Numbered from the stretch's first letter, positions 8,874 through 19,904 are shown. The stretch is DNA of 64,000 nucleotides from Candidatus Bathyarchaeia archaeon (GCA_049513715.1 JBEKVV010000003.1:256001-320000); one strand, 5' to 3'. Program-made: numbers and translations. The notes: generated from the sequence alone by a model not told the origin.

Positions 8874-10067
8874 ATGAGAAGCTCGGCAATTCGCGAACTT
8901 CTGAAATTGACCGCAGAGCCCGACATAATCTCATTCGCAGGCGGATTACCCGGCCCCGACGTGTTTCCCGCGAAAGAGTTTCGATCTGCCTGCATGCATG
9001 TCTTGGAGAAGCATGGCCCTGAGGCGCTTCAATACGGCACCACTGAAGGATTCGAGCCACTTCGCCAAATGATTGCGAGACACGCGAAACGTTACGGGAT
9101 AACTGCAGGACCTGAGAACATACTCATTACATGCGGCTCTCAACAGGCACTGGACTTGATCGGCAAGGTCTTCATAGACCCTGGAGACCGCGTTATCGTC
9201 GAAAAACCAACGTACCTTGGTGCACTGCAGGCTTGGAACGCCTATGAAGCCAACTTTATCGGGGTATCAACAGACGCTGACGGCATCAGAATAGATGAAC
9301 TTGAGAAAACTCTGGATGTAGGCGGGAAGTTCGTCTACGTAATGCCCAACTTTCAGAACCCAACCGGCGTAACCCTCTCTTTGGAAAGAAGAAAAAGACT
9401 CATCGAACTAGCCGCGCAATACCAAGTACCACTGATAGAGGATGACCCTTACGGTCAACTTCGTTACGAAGGCAAACACATAACGCCGCTATTCGCTCTC
9501 GACGGCCAAGACGTAATCTACCTCAGCACCTTCTCCAAAATCCTTTCGCCGGGGCTACGCTTGGGCTGGATAATTGCCCCGCCAGACATCATTCACCGGC
9601 TCGTCCAAGCAAAACAAGGCACTGACCTCCACACTAGCACGCTCATTCAGATGGTTGTGTACGAAGTTGCACACGGCGGGTTCTTAGATAGGCAGGTGCG
9701 AGCTATCCGCTCAGTTTACCGCGAACGGCGCGACGCGATGTTATCAGCTATGAAGAAGCAGTTCCCTGCCGGCGTTCGGTGGACCGAACCACATGGCGGG
9801 CTCTTCTTGTGGGTAACACTACCTACACCACTGGATTCGGCTGAGGTGCTGCGTGAAGCACTCAAAGAGAAAGTCGCCTTCGTACCCGGAGCATCATTCT
9901 ACCCCGACGGTTCAGGGGCCAATACAATGCGTCTCAACTTCTCATATTCAAAACCGCCCATCATCGAGGAAGGCATCCGCAGGTTGGGGAAGGTCCTCAA
10001 GATCATGTTAACCAACACGAAGCCCATCGAATTACCAGTTCAATCACCAAAACGAACAAGTCCATGA
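8874..10067 (+). CDS. Class I PLP aminotransferase (LysN/2-aminoadipate transaminase-like); N-terminus may extend to 8829
   Basis: SAIRELLK, SFAGGLP, NPTG, EDDPY, TFSKILSPGLRLGW. Confidence 0.92.
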   Translation: MRSSAIRELLKLTAEPDIISFAGGLPGPDVFPAKEFRSACMHVLEKHGPEALQYGTTEGFEPLRQMIARHAKRYGITAGPENILITCGSQQALDLIGKVFIDPGDRVIVEKPTYLGALQAWNAYEANFIGVSTDADGIRIDELEKTLDVGGKFVYVMPNFQNPTGVTLSLERRKRLIELAAQYQVPLIEDDPYGQLRYEGKHITPLFALDGQDVIYLSTFSKILSPGLRLGWIIAPPDIIHRLVQAKQGTDLHTSTLIQMVVYEVAHGGFLDRQVRAIRSVYRERRDAMLSAMKKQFPAGVRWTEPHGGLFLWVTLPTPLDSAEVLREALKEKVAFVPGASFYPDGSGANTMRLNFSYSKPPIIEEGIRRLGKVLKIMLTNTKPIELPVQSPKRTSP

Positions 10068-10291
10068 ATACCTCGGAAAACCTTCAATGTACCCCGAAAA
10101 AGGATATCTTTCGGATTCTGATTCCCAGCACAGTAGGTGCTGGACGTCCTCAAGCTGCTGCCCTGCAAAGTCCACCAAGAAAGAGGCTACAGCGACAGTG
10201 TCCGAAGCACGATAGCTGAAACCGAGGAAAGTTCCGAACGAGCCGCATTATCTGAAGCCACTCGCTGGCATGAATCGCTCGTTGAGTGAAT

Positions 10292-13144
10292 TTAATCCCA
10301 GAACAGTCTGGTTCTTGCGTATTCGCGTTCTGCTTTCAATATGTCAACGTAGAGGTCGTCTTGGGTTCTGTGTGGTCGTCTTAGGATTCGGGTGGCGGTT
10401 GATGGCCCTACGCCCCTGCCGCTCATGACGATTACTGCTTCTCTGCCTTTCGTTTGGACTAGGCTTGCGCTGAGCCACGCCTGGTGCCAGTTATGCTCCT
10501 CCTCTGGCGAGAGTTTTATCCCCTTCTTCTTTTTCTTCACGATTCTTGCGAGTTTATCGTTTGACCTGTATGTAGCGGCGACGAGAGTCGACGAGCATTT
10601 GGGGCATCGTATCTTCTCACCGAGTTGTCCTACGACTCTGACCGCGTCCCAGTCGCCGTTGAAGACACAAACCAAACGAACTGTATCAGCGAGCAACCGC
10701 TCCCGCACAATGTCCGTTAGTGATCTTGATGGGACAGCTGGCCTGAGCAGGTCGTGTGGAATAATTTTGTCAATTATCGGAGTCGCAAATGGGGAGCATG
10801 ATTCTGCCCGTTCTTGGGCTATATCTATCGTGAACTCTCTGGATTGGATTTTCGCGACAATGACTTTGGTCGTTGAAAGGTCGAATTTTTCTTGAAGGAC
10901 CTCGCGTTTCGTTTCAGTGTTCACTGGAGTATCCTTCATTGCACGAACGAGCATGCGCGCCCGGTACGAGCGGTAATCGGCCTTTCTTTCCACTATTCCG
11001 AAGCGCCTGGCAACGTGCCATTGTCTCCAAGCAAATAGGTCGGAGGCCTGCAAAGCCTCGTTTAGGACCATTCCCACATCTTCTGGCGTAAACTTCGAAA
11101 GCTCCAGCGCAACCATTTCGGGCACGATTTTGAATGGGCATATTATGGCGATTCGGTAAGGATCAGTCTGTGTGGCCACGTTCACGCCGTATTTGGCGCT
11201 TAGCATTGATGCCAGAATCATTGCCAGTGTTTCGTTTACAGTGCTTCCGAAGCATGCGTGGATGATTATGCAGTTTTCGAACTTTTCAATGATAATGTGT
11301 TTGTCGGTTGGTACTGGGTAGTTCTTCTGCTGCGACCTTACGGTTTCGTTGATTTTGCTGATAGCGGCATCGGTGAGTTCCAGTTGGTTCTGAGTCTCGT
11401 TCAACTGTGCTGGGTCGTCGGATCTTTCAGAGAGTGTGGCCCGGAGACTTCCAACCTCTTGTGCGGTCTCGAAGCTGACTGGGATAATTTCGCCCTCCCA
11501 ACTGGGGATGGCATCCAAGGTTGGGACGGTTGGCTCAACCTCGACCGAAAGCTTCTCCTCGTTGACATTAATCACCCTCCAAGTCTGACCGTGAATAATG
11601 AAAACAGTTCCAGCCTTGCATTTCCTGGCCACGAAATCTTGATCCAAAGTTCCGATTCTGCGTTTCCTGATGAAATCGAAAACGTCGAACCGCTTTACGT
11701 CAGGTATGACTGAGAGATTCTCGTAGTAGTACCTGAAGGTTCGAGGGAAACGTGCGGAGATTATATCGTCGATGAGCCTGATGATACGGAGCGAGTCTAG
11801 GAATTTGACCAACGCATGGAACTCTTCGCCTGTAAGTTCCCTGTACGGGTAGGCTCCTCGAATGATTTGGTACGCTTCCTCAAGCTTCGCCCTCTTTAGG
11901 TCTAGGGCTATGCCGGCAACTTGGTGGGCGAGGACATCGAAGGCTTTGTCGTGAATTAGTGTTTTTTCTATTCTTCCTGCTTTGGAGTTCTTGGCGATGA
12001 CGGCGGCTTCGAGCAGGTCATCTGCCCAAGTGCCTATGACGGTTCCCTTCGCGAGCCCCCGCAGCGTATGCCCGCTTCGCCCGACCCGTTGAATGAGGCG
12101 GGTTGACATCCTAGGGGACATGTATTGAACAATAAAATCCACCCTACCGATGTCCATTCCGAGCTCAAGGGATGATGTGCAGATGACCCCCTTCACTGAG
12201 CCCTCATGAAACCCCTTCTCAACCTCTTCCCGGATCTCACGTGAGAGTGAGCCGTGGTGTACGCGTACACCAAGATCAGGGGATAGCACGCGTAATTGTG
12301 ACCCCACGGCTTCGGCTTGTTCGCGAGTATTCGTGAAGACTAGGGTTGACTGTTTCTCGGAGATGATCTCAGAGATTCGCCTCGCTCTGGCAATGGTTGT
12401 TGGCGGCAACCCGAATCGGTCTGAGTCTTTCGCATCTTGTGCGGTTGGGGGAACATATTGGATTTGGACTTCGAATCTCCTTAGTTCATCGGACTTTGCG
12501 ACTGTGACGGGCCGGTCGGATCCGGCGAGAAAACGGCCAACCTTCCCCTCCTCTCCAACGGTTGCGGACAGACCTATTCTTTGGAAGTTTCTGCCAGCTA
12601 AGTATTGTAAGCGTTCGAGGGCTAGTGTGAGTTGGACGCCTCGTTTGCTTGTGGCAAGTTCATGAATTTCATCGACAATAACCCATCGGACGCCTTTCAG
12701 GTGCTCGCGCATTCTTCGGCCTGGCAGAATGGCTTGGAGGGTTTCTGGGGTTGTGACGAGCATTTCGGGTGGTGATTTTGCTTGCATGGCCCGTGTACTG
12801 GTTGGCGTGTCCCCATGCCTAACCTGCACCTTGATTTCCAACTCTTTTCCAATAAGCTCGAGCCTCCGCAAGATGTCGCGGTTGAGCGCTCTGAGTGGGG
12901 TCACGTAGAGAATTGTGATACCCTTCGTCTCTCCGGCTGAACGCAACTCGAGAAACATGTTGAAAATAGGAAGAATCGACGCTAGCGTCTTGCCCGTTCC
13001 CGTAGGAGCGATCACCAGAACGTTATCTCCGCGCAGAATCGACGGGATTGCGATCTTCTGTATATCGCTGGGTTCCTCCAGGCCTATTTTCTCCAGATGA
13101 GACCGGATGGGTCTGTGCAACTGTGAGAACGTGTTCTCGAGCAT
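10292..13144 (-). CDS. lhr: Lhr-family SF2 helicase
   Basis: APTGTGKT, DEIHE, SAT, QRVGRSGH, winged helix and C-terminal CPKC. Confidence 0.92.
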   Translation of the reverse strand: MLENTFSQLHRPIRSHLEKIGLEEPSDIQKIAIPSILRGDNVLVIAPTGTGKTLASILPIFNMFLELRSAGETKGITILYVTPLRALNRDILRRLELIGKELEIKVQVRHGDTPTSTRAMQAKSPPEMLVTTPETLQAILPGRRMREHLKGVRWVIVDEIHELATSKRGVQLTLALERLQYLAGRNFQRIGLSATVGEEGKVGRFLAGSDRPVTVAKSDELRRFEVQIQYVPPTAQDAKDSDRFGLPPTTIARARRISEIISEKQSTLVFTNTREQAEAVGSQLRVLSPDLGVRVHHGSLSREIREEVEKGFHEGSVKGVICTSSLELGMDIGRVDFIVQYMSPRMSTRLIQRVGRSGHTLRGLAKGTVIGTWADDLLEAAVIAKNSKAGRIEKTLIHDKAFDVLAHQVAGIALDLKRAKLEEAYQIIRGAYPYRELTGEEFHALVKFLDSLRIIRLIDDIISARFPRTFRYYYENLSVIPDVKRFDVFDFIRKRRIGTLDQDFVARKCKAGTVFIIHGQTWRVINVNEEKLSVEVEPTVPTLDAIPSWEGEIIPVSFETAQEVGSLRATLSERSDDPAQLNETQNQLELTDAAISKINETVRSQQKNYPVPTDKHIIIEKFENCIIIHACFGSTVNETLAMILASMLSAKYGVNVATQTDPYRIAIICPFKIVPEMVALELSKFTPEDVGMVLNEALQASDLFAWRQWHVARRFGIVERKADYRSYRARMLVRAMKDTPVNTETKREVLQEKFDLSTTKVIVAKIQSREFTIDIAQERAESCSPFATPIIDKIIPHDLLRPAVPSRSLTDIVRERLLADTVRLVCVFNGDWDAVRVVGQLGEKIRCPKCSSTLVAATYRSNDKLARIVKKKKKGIKLSPEEEHNWHQAWLSASLVQTKGREAVIVMSGRGVGPSTATRILRRPHRTQDDLYVDILKAEREYARTRLFWD

Positions 13145-13242
13145 TTGTGGCTCCCCATTCTCCGCTACTCAGGGGTTTCCACCGGGCAACGTAGGTTAGG
13201 GTGGAGATATGGTTGTGCCGCGGCCAACGACACCCTGCAAGC

Positions 13243-13353
13243 TTAGGCGGATGGTTTCTCGTAGGCGAGGTAAACGAAGATGAGAACGACCGCTAGAAAG
13301 GCCAGGAACATTATTCCGATTTGAAGAAGGCCCCAGTATTCATCAACTGTCAA
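13243..13353 (-). CDS. Small single-TM protein (36 aa)
   Basis: MTVDEYWGLLQIGIMFLAFLAVVLIFVYLAYEKPSA; TTTAAA box ~45 nt upstream. Confidence 0.5.
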   Translation of the reverse strand: MTVDEYWGLLQIGIMFLAFLAVVLIFVYLAYEKPSA

Positions 13354-13417
13354 CGTCTTGACGCTCGCTTGCACCGTAGAAAGCAGATTCCCATTTAAAC
13401 ACTGCTCATACCAAGGG

Positions 13418-13849
13418 TTACTCAGGTGTCTCGGTTTTTTCTTTGGCCCTCCAACGGTCTGTAACAATTGAATACTGCGAATCTTTCTTCGTGATCGTTG
13501 TGAACTGGTTCAATGCTTCAGCGACCCGTTGAGCTATAATGTGGTAGCATAGGCCTCTCTTTTTGTCCATGACGCGGAAGTAGTAGTCGTCGCAGTAACA
13601 GAAGGGAATGTCCGGCATTACTTGATATTCCCCCTTCCTGCCCTGAACGGCCCAGACTAAGCGTCCGCTGGGCATGAACTCATACTTCCTAACCTTCTTG
13701 GAGTTCGCCAAGTTCCAGCCGTTCGTAAACCGCCCACCGAAAGTCTTTGTGAGTGCGTCCTTTAGTTGATCAGAGAGTTCACGTCGCGACTTTAGCTCAG
13801 CGCAAGCCTCCTCCATCAACTTGTTCTCAATCTCGTAGGCTGTTTGCAT
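13418..13849 (-). CDS. SWIM zinc-finger protein
   Basis: FCYCDDY...LCYHIIA (CxC-xn-CxH). Confidence 0.85.
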   Translation of the reverse strand: MQTAYEIENKLMEEACAELKSRRELSDQLKDALTKTFGGRFTNGWNLANSKKVRKYEFMPSGRLVWAVQGRKGEYQVMPDIPFCYCDDYYFRVMDKKRGLCYHIIAQRVAEALNQFTTITKKDSQYSIVTDRWRAKEKTETPE

Positions 13850-14083
13850 GTGAATTCCAACAAGGAGGCCGGTGTTCACTGAAGGAAGGCGGACAATTGG
13901 CCGTGCGACTTTCAAAGTTTGTGATATTTATTGACGAAGTATTCGCGCTCAGCAATTGAGGGTGTGAGCGTTCAAGAAACGTTTTTAAGTGATACTGCTT
14001 CGGTCTATGCAGTTGCGCTTGACCGTTTTCTTGCGCGACCGCGTTAAGCTCCCGAAATTGTTCTCGGAGGCAAAACCAAAACC

Positions 14084-14734
14084 ATGTATCAAGAACAGAA
14101 GAGTAACATGCCGAAGTTCGTGATGACGGGAACCACTACTATGGGTCTCGTCTGCCGGGATGGTATAGTGCTCGGGACTGATACCCGCGCGACACTGGGA
14201 ACCTTCGTCGCCCACAAGAAAGCGAAGAAGGTTTACGCAATCGACGAACACGTCGCCATGACCATTGCCGGAGGCGTCGCGGACGCTCAGAGCGTCGTAG
14301 AGGTGCTTCGGGCTAACTCGAAACTCTACAAGTTCGAGAAAGGCCTTCCTATACCAATAAGCGCGGTCGCACGACTAGCGGCAAACATCCTCTTCTCATC
14401 ACGGTACTACCCTTTCATACTCCAATCGATTATCGGCGGAATGGACGACCAAGGCGCCCACATTTTCGCCCTTGACCCCTTAGGTAGTGTTACGGAAGAG
14501 AAATGTGTCTCCACAGGTTCAGGGTCGCCTGTGGCATACGGCGTTCTCGAGCCAGGTTACAAAGAGGGTATGTCTGTTAAAGAAGCGATACCCCTCGTGG
14601 TTCGGGCCGTCACTTCGGCCATGAAACGGGACTCGGCCAGTGGGGATAGCTTCGACGTGGCTGTCATTTTGAAGGATGGTTATCGGGAACTCAGTGATGA
14701 CGAGAAGAAGAGCGTCCTCACTGAGGCCAGTTAA
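14084..14734 (+). CDS. psmB: Proteasome beta subunit
   Basis: Propeptide then G|TTT catalytic Thr, DTRAT, GSGS. Confidence 0.96.
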   Translation: MYQEQKSNMPKFVMTGTTTMGLVCRDGIVLGTDTRATLGTFVAHKKAKKVYAIDEHVAMTIAGGVADAQSVVEVLRANSKLYKFEKGLPIPISAVARLAANILFSSRYYPFILQSIIGGMDDQGAHIFALDPLGSVTEEKCVSTGSGSPVAYGVLEPGYKEGMSVKEAIPLVVRAVTSAMKRDSASGDSFDVAVILKDGYRELSDDEKKSVLTEAS

Positions 14735-14777
14735 ACCCCTCTCTTGTCATGAGAATTCTAAGTAACTAGATCTCAGG

Positions 14778-16709
14778 GTGGTTTCGGCAGTGGCTAAGCT
14801 GGTAGATGAAACACAGGTAAGAATACGCGAAACCATAATTTCCCACATGCCGAAAGAGGCCGAAATAACTCGAATCGAATTCGAGGGTCCCCGCCTGGCG
14901 ATATACGTGAAGAACGTTGGCCTGCTGCTTGAGCAAAGCTACGTGGTCACAGATATCGTAAACCTACTTCACAAACGGGTCGTCATCAGATCGGACCCGT
15001 CAATCCGTCTTACTGAGATCGAATCTGAACGACTGATTAAGGGCATTGTGCCGACCGAGGCAGAGATTACGGAGATTAACTTCGACCCTAGTTTGGGCGA
15101 GGTTGTTATCGAAGCAAAGAAACCAGGCCTCGCGATTGGAAAAGATGGAATGACCCTTCAAGATATCATTAAGAAAACCAGTTGGCGCCCGAGAGTTCTG
15201 CGAGCGCCTCCATTGCCATCCAAAATCATAGCCAGCTCCCGACACATCCTTCACTCGGAAAGTGAAGAGAGAAGCAGAATATTCAGAGATGTCGGGGAAC
15301 GAATTTTCCGGCCTAGGCTCGCGAAAACCTCTAGCGTTTTCTTCACGCCGCTTGGGGGCTTTCATGAAGTCGGACGCTCGGCTATGCTTGTGCAGACTGA
15401 GGAGAGCTGCGTTATGCTGGACTGCGGAATCAGTGCCGGCGCCGAGCATCCCCTTTCAGCATATCCAAGAATCGACTCGGACGCCTTTGACATAGAGAAA
15501 CTTGATGCGGTAATCATTTCGCACAGCCACCTCGACCATTGCGGCTTTGTTCCTTTCCTCTACAAGTACGGTTATGATGGACCGATCTACTGCTCCGAGC
15601 CCACCTCTGTGCTTATGACGTTACTGCAACTCGATTACTTGGACGTCTTCAACAAGGAGGGTGGAATCGCTCCATATGACCAGAAGGACGTTCGCGAAGC
15701 AGTGATGCACACCATACCAGTCAAGTATGGCGTGGTCACCGATGTGGCGCCTGACATTAAACTAACCCTCCACAACGCGGGCCATATTATCGGAAGCTCA
15801 ATTGTCCACCTCCACATAGGAGAAGGCCTACACAACCTAGTCTACTCTGGGGACTTCAAATTTGCTCGCACAATGCTCTTGGAACCTGCGGTCTGCTCTT
15901 TCCCCAGAGTGGAGACGCTTGTTATGGAGAGCACGTATGGCGGGCCTGATGATGTAATGTCGGACCGAGAGACCGTGGAGGGCAAGTTGACAAAGATTGT
16001 GAATGACACCGCGGAGAAGGGTGGGAAAATCTTAATCCCCACTCTGGCCGTTGGACGCGCTCAGGAGATCATGCTCGTCCTCAACGCCTACATGAAGAAC
16101 AAACTGATCAAAGAACTTCCTATATTCATTGAAGGAATGATTTCCGAAGCGACAGCCATCCATACCGCCTACCCGGAATACTTGGCGCGAGATTTGCGTG
16201 AGCAGATTCTATACAAGGACGTCAACCCGTTTCAGTCGGATTATTTCACGAATGTGGATCATCCGTCTGAGCGAGAGAAGATTGCGGCCGGGAACCCATG
16301 CATTATTCTTGCCACCTCAGGGATGATGGAGGGCGGCCCGGCAATCGACTATTTCCGATACCTCGCTCCAGACGAAAAAAACTCCCTAGTGTTCGTCAGC
16401 TACCAAGTGGAAGGGACGCTGGGGAACAGGCTGAAGAATGGGGCTAGAGAAGTTTCATTGATGAGCAGAAATGGGAAAATGGACGCCTACAAGGTGAACC
16501 TGCGCGTAGAGAGCGTCGAGGGCTTCTCAGGCCACTCAGACAGAAACCAACTATTTTCCTTCCTGAAACGAATATCGCCGAGACCGTCGAGGGTGATAAT
16601 GGGGCATGGCGAGCGAAGAAAGACGGACCTATTTGCACATCAGGTGTCGCGTATCCTGAGGCTGAGAACGGTGGCGCCTGATAATCTGGAAACATTAAGA
16701 TTAAGGTAA
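14778..16709 (+). CDS. fttA: aCPSF1/FttA KH-beta-CASP ribonuclease
   Basis: Two KH domains, HSHLDH, GFSGH; conserved position after psmB. Confidence 0.96.
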   Translation: MVSAVAKLVDETQVRIRETIISHMPKEAEITRIEFEGPRLAIYVKNVGLLLEQSYVVTDIVNLLHKRVVIRSDPSIRLTEIESERLIKGIVPTEAEITEINFDPSLGEVVIEAKKPGLAIGKDGMTLQDIIKKTSWRPRVLRAPPLPSKIIASSRHILHSESEERSRIFRDVGERIFRPRLAKTSSVFFTPLGGFHEVGRSAMLVQTEESCVMLDCGISAGAEHPLSAYPRIDSDAFDIEKLDAVIISHSHLDHCGFVPFLYKYGYDGPIYCSEPTSVLMTLLQLDYLDVFNKEGGIAPYDQKDVREAVMHTIPVKYGVVTDVAPDIKLTLHNAGHIIGSSIVHLHIGEGLHNLVYSGDFKFARTMLLEPAVCSFPRVETLVMESTYGGPDDVMSDRETVEGKLTKIVNDTAEKGGKILIPTLAVGRAQEIMLVLNAYMKNKLIKELPIFIEGMISEATAIHTAYPEYLARDLREQILYKDVNPFQSDYFTNVDHPSEREKIAAGNPCIILATSGMMEGGPAIDYFRYLAPDEKNSLVFVSYQVEGTLGNRLKNGAREVSLMSRNGKMDAYKVNLRVESVEGFSGHSDRNQLFSFLKRISPRPSRVIMGHGERRKTDLFAHQVSRILRLRTVAPDNLETLRLR

Positions 16710-16726
16710 GAAGCTAGAGCGCTGGT

Positions 16727-17104
16727 CTATTCTGTCTCCTCGTCCGCCCCAGCACTTGCGGTGGCGACGGCTAACGGAGAGTTTTCTTTCCCACGCCACA
16801 CCTTCACTGTGGGCGGAGTCATCACAATTCTCTCTTCGCCAAGCCTCGCAATATCCCCTTGAATGGATTTTATAAAATCAACGAGTTCGCTAATCGCTGA
16901 CTTAGTTTCCTCGACACTTCTCTTTGCGATAGGAGTTATCTTGACAATCAGAATGTTGCCCTCGATAATCTCCGCCTTGACCCGGGGTACATCTGTAGGG
17001 TCACGCAGCGGATACGCCTTCACGTAAATCGGATGCTGAATGGAGGGGTTTACTAACGGAAACCTTTCGTTTCTCTCATCACTTGAGCTAATCATTGATG
17101 TCAC
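16727..17104 (-). CDS. sepF: SepF-family cell division protein
   Basis: GNILIVKITP...GDIARLGEERIVMTP. Confidence 0.85.
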   Translation of the reverse strand: MTSMISSSDERNERFPLVNPSIQHPIYVKAYPLRDPTDVPRVKAEIIEGNILIVKITPIAKRSVEETKSAISELVDFIKSIQGDIARLGEERIVMTPPTVKVWRGKENSPLAVATASAGADEETE

Positions 17105-17310
17105 ACAATGCTTGTTCCTGCACGACGATCAGTTGTCTCAGGCGATGCCAGTTTAAACGTTTGCGCGGAAAATCGAGGATTCCAACACGCCCATGTCAAG
17201 ACCGTGCAGGACTTCCACTGTGAAGTACCGATTGTTTGTCACTCACGCGTATGGGAAATTCACAGCCACAACGAGCTTCAACAGGCCTCATTTCCAGTGG
17301 AACCTCACGC

Positions 17311-17799
17311 CTATTTTGATGCACCAAAAGCGGTCCAAAACACGTCGCCTACATAGTGCACGTTCCTGACTGCCTTACCCTTGCCCATCGACTTCATGGC
17401 TTCAGAATCCAATTCAGCGATTCCAAGAGCGATTGTCTTGCCGAATTTCTCATCGACAATTGCCACCAAGTCCCCTTTGGCAAAAGCATAATTCAACTGC
17501 TTGATGCCTGGCCTCATCACCTGCGCGCCATTCACCACGTGAGGGACAGCACCCATATCGACTACGATTCTCGGCAGAGAACCCACTAACTCATCGAACT
17601 TCAATGAAGGAAGAAGGCGTACCTTTGTGCGGAGAATCAACGGTTTCTCATCAACGAAAAACACCGACCCCCCCTCAACAACGAGTTCCTCGAATCTCTC
17701 AGCTGCCTTCAGCTTCTGCTCGGCCCGCGGGTACCATTCTGCGAATTCCCTTATGACCTGTCTAGCCTCACTGTCCTTCAAATGTCGTCGTGCAGGCAA
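17311..17799 (-). CDS. PUA-domain RNA-binding protein (DUF1947+PUA)
   Basis: VVDMGAVPHVVNGAQVMRPGI...HYVGD. Confidence 0.9.
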   Translation of the reverse strand: MPARRHLKDSEARQVIREFAEWYPRAEQKLKAAERFEELVVEGGSVFFVDEKPLILRTKVRLLPSLKFDELVGSLPRIVVDMGAVPHVVNGAQVMRPGIKQLNYAFAKGDLVAIVDEKFGKTIALGIAELDSEAMKSMGKGKAVRNVHYVGDVFWTAFGASK

Positions 17800-17993
17800 G
17801 GCCCTTCAGTCGATTACCCCAGCATTTCGGATTATTAACGTCACGTTTCTCGTCGAACATAATTCACCTTCCTGGCAAGGAAGGTGAGGTGTGGGACAAA
17901 GCAACCGGAGGCATTTCTTGGCCAGCCTAAGCTTTAATTTGGAGGCCTTTCCTTTACGGTGAAACTGCTTTCAAAATCAGGTCAGAAAGAACA

Positions 17994-18224
17994 ATGTCTG
18001 CAGTCGCCGACAAGATCTTCCAAGAGAGCCTAAGCAAAATCGTTCTCGTGGAACTGAAAGGTAGTCGTACGATACGGGGGAAACTCTACAGCTACGACCA
18101 ACACATGAACCTGGTGCTGGAGGACGCTGAAGACGTTTCGAACCCCGACAACGCACGAAATATTGGCACAATCATCGTTAGAGGCGACAATGTGGTGCTC
18201 GTCTCGCCTCCACCTAAGAGGTAA
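17994..18224 (+). CDS. Sm-like archaeal protein (Lsm/SmAP)
   Basis: GKLYSYDQHMNLVL, IIVRGDNV; upstream of rpl37e. Confidence 0.95.
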   Translation: MSAVADKIFQESLSKIVLVELKGSRTIRGKLYSYDQHMNLVLEDAEDVSNPDNARNIGTIIVRGDNVVLVSPPPKR

Positions 18225-18263
18225 AATTCAAGGTAGAATAACTACTTCTCGAGGAGTGACGCG

Positions 18264-18455
18264 ATGACTAAGGGTACAGCATCCTTCGGAAGACGAGGAC
18301 GCTCAAAGACCCATATTAGATGCAGACGTTGCGGCCGGCACTCCTATCACATAAGGTGGAAACGTTGCTCCGCCTGCGGTTTCGGAGCGTCCAAGAGACT
18401 CCGCGGATACGCCTGGCAAACGCATACCATGAACCGCTTCAGAAGGATCCGGTAA
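18264..18455 (+). CDS. rpl37e: 50S ribosomal protein L37e
   Basis: KGTASFG, CRRCG..SYH...CSACGFG. Confidence 0.97.
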   Translation: MTKGTASFGRRGRSKTHIRCRRCGRHSYHIRWKRCSACGFGASKRLRGYAWQTHTMNRFRRIR

Positions 18456-18533
18456 CCGTTTCCCTCAGTGAAGAGCTCAAAGTCTAGCTTCTTAGCAAGC
18501 GTGCTGAGTTTAGCATGAATGCTGACTCTGAAT

Positions 18534-19301
18534 CTAAGCGGATGGGCTGGGCGCTGCGGGCGTAGTCGCAGTGGTGGCAGCGGCAGCTTCAGGGGCTGCA
18601 GGCGGAGGAGACGGAGCTGGCTTCTTGAAGTTTTCCAAGAAGGTTACGGTTTGAATGCTCGAGAAGAACTTCTCCACATCAGCGGTTATGGTACGTTTAG
18701 CCACTTGGAGTCCTTCAAGGAAGAAAGCTTCCTCCGGAATCTCAGCCTCCAACTTCCCGTCCGAAATCTTGACGTTGAACTTCTGCTGTTCGACAGATGA
18801 AAGCCGTTTGTGCAGTAAATTCTTCACTTTGTCTTCGTCGGTCTCGATAACCTTCTCCACCGTCGCATCATAGATGAGGGTCTTACCGGCGAAGGGATTA
18901 TTGTAATCGACCTGAACTCTGCCAGCGCCGACTGCGCGTACCTGGGCTACCTTACCGTCTATGTTCACCTGCAAACCAGGAACCGGAGTCATGCCATCAG
19001 CAGTGAACTTGCGAAGCGGAACCAACCTGACTTTCTTTGGGTCACGAGCTCCGTAAGCCTTTTCGGGGGGCAGTTCCACCGTCTTAGCCTTGCCGATTTC
19101 GAAACTCGTCAAGGACTCGTCTAGTCCTTTAGGTACCCATCCTTCTCCGATGACAACGAAGAATGGTTCATACCGTTCTTCCCCGTGGTACAGTTTCGTT
19201 TCCTTTGCCACATTCTCCAGCGTTGTCCCGACGGTTTCTCCAGTTTCTTTCACTTTCAGCGTGTAGTTTAGGAGGATGAAGTCGCCGTTTTTGAGGGGCA
19301 A
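18534..19301 (-). CDS. Long-type FKBP peptidyl-prolyl isomerase
   Basis: PPEKAYG, VDYNNPFAGKTL. Confidence 0.92.
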   Translation of the reverse strand: MPLKNGDFILLNYTLKVKETGETVGTTLENVAKETKLYHGEERYEPFFVVIGEGWVPKGLDESLTSFEIGKAKTVELPPEKAYGARDPKKVRLVPLRKFTADGMTPVPGLQVNIDGKVAQVRAVGAGRVQVDYNNPFAGKTLIYDATVEKVIETDEDKVKNLLHKRLSSVEQQKFNVKISDGKLEAEIPEEAFFLEGLQVAKRTITADVEKFFSSIQTVTFLENFKKPAPSPPPAAPEAAAATTATTPAAPSPSA

Positions 19302-19478
19302 TCAATAGCACCTTGATCTTTGAAGGCGAACGTAAGATTTGACCGCTCTAGATTAATCTTTCAGCAGAGACCTCAGAAACAATGCTTGAAGAGTTGAACT
19401 TGAAGAGGACGTCACGATCGTTCAAGCTTGAGAAAAGGGAGTTGAGGGGCCGCGAGTCCCTCAAAGTGACGCCGTCCA

Positions 19479-19904
19479 CTAAGTCTTTGCTTCGGGTGGC
19501 TTCCAGGTTATCCCTAAAATGCCTCCGATTAGGCCTAGTATGAGTCCGACTCCGAATCCGCCCATTGCACTTCCGAATATGCTTAGGACCGAGAACACTA
19601 CGATGACGGTGCCCCAAGTTGAGTGCTCTGCAGGCTTCTTGTTCAGCATCAATGCGCTGATTATCACTATGACCCCAAATACAAGGCCTAAGACACCCAG
19701 TACGCCGAATGCCGCGCCCATCACGCCGAAAGGGTACCGGCCGTAACCCATCATACCGCCGAAACCACCATAACCGCCCATCATTCCGAACCCATACTGC
19801 CCCATGAACGATCCGAGCATAGACATCATTCCTCCACCCAGAAGGATGAAGATGCCCGCGACCAAGGACAACACAAAGGCGGCCGTTGGCTTTTCCTCTG
19901 TCAT
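19479..19904 (-). CDS. Gly/Met-rich membrane protein
   Basis: KPTAAFVLSL, GMMGG repeats, GLILGLIGGIL. Confidence 0.8.
   Translation of the reverse strand: MTEEKPTAAFVLSLVAGIFILLGGGMMSMLGSFMGQYGFGMMGGYGGFGGMMGYGRYPFGVMGAAFGVLGVLGLVFGVIVIISALMLNKKPAEHSTWGTVIVVFSVLSIFGSAMGGFGVGLILGLIGGILGITWKPPEAKT

Noticed and set aside
10222..10236. GAGGAAAGTTCC resembling the RNase P RNA CR-I motif
   Set aside because: Only ~55 nt before the lhr stop; no matching 3' CR-V element seen
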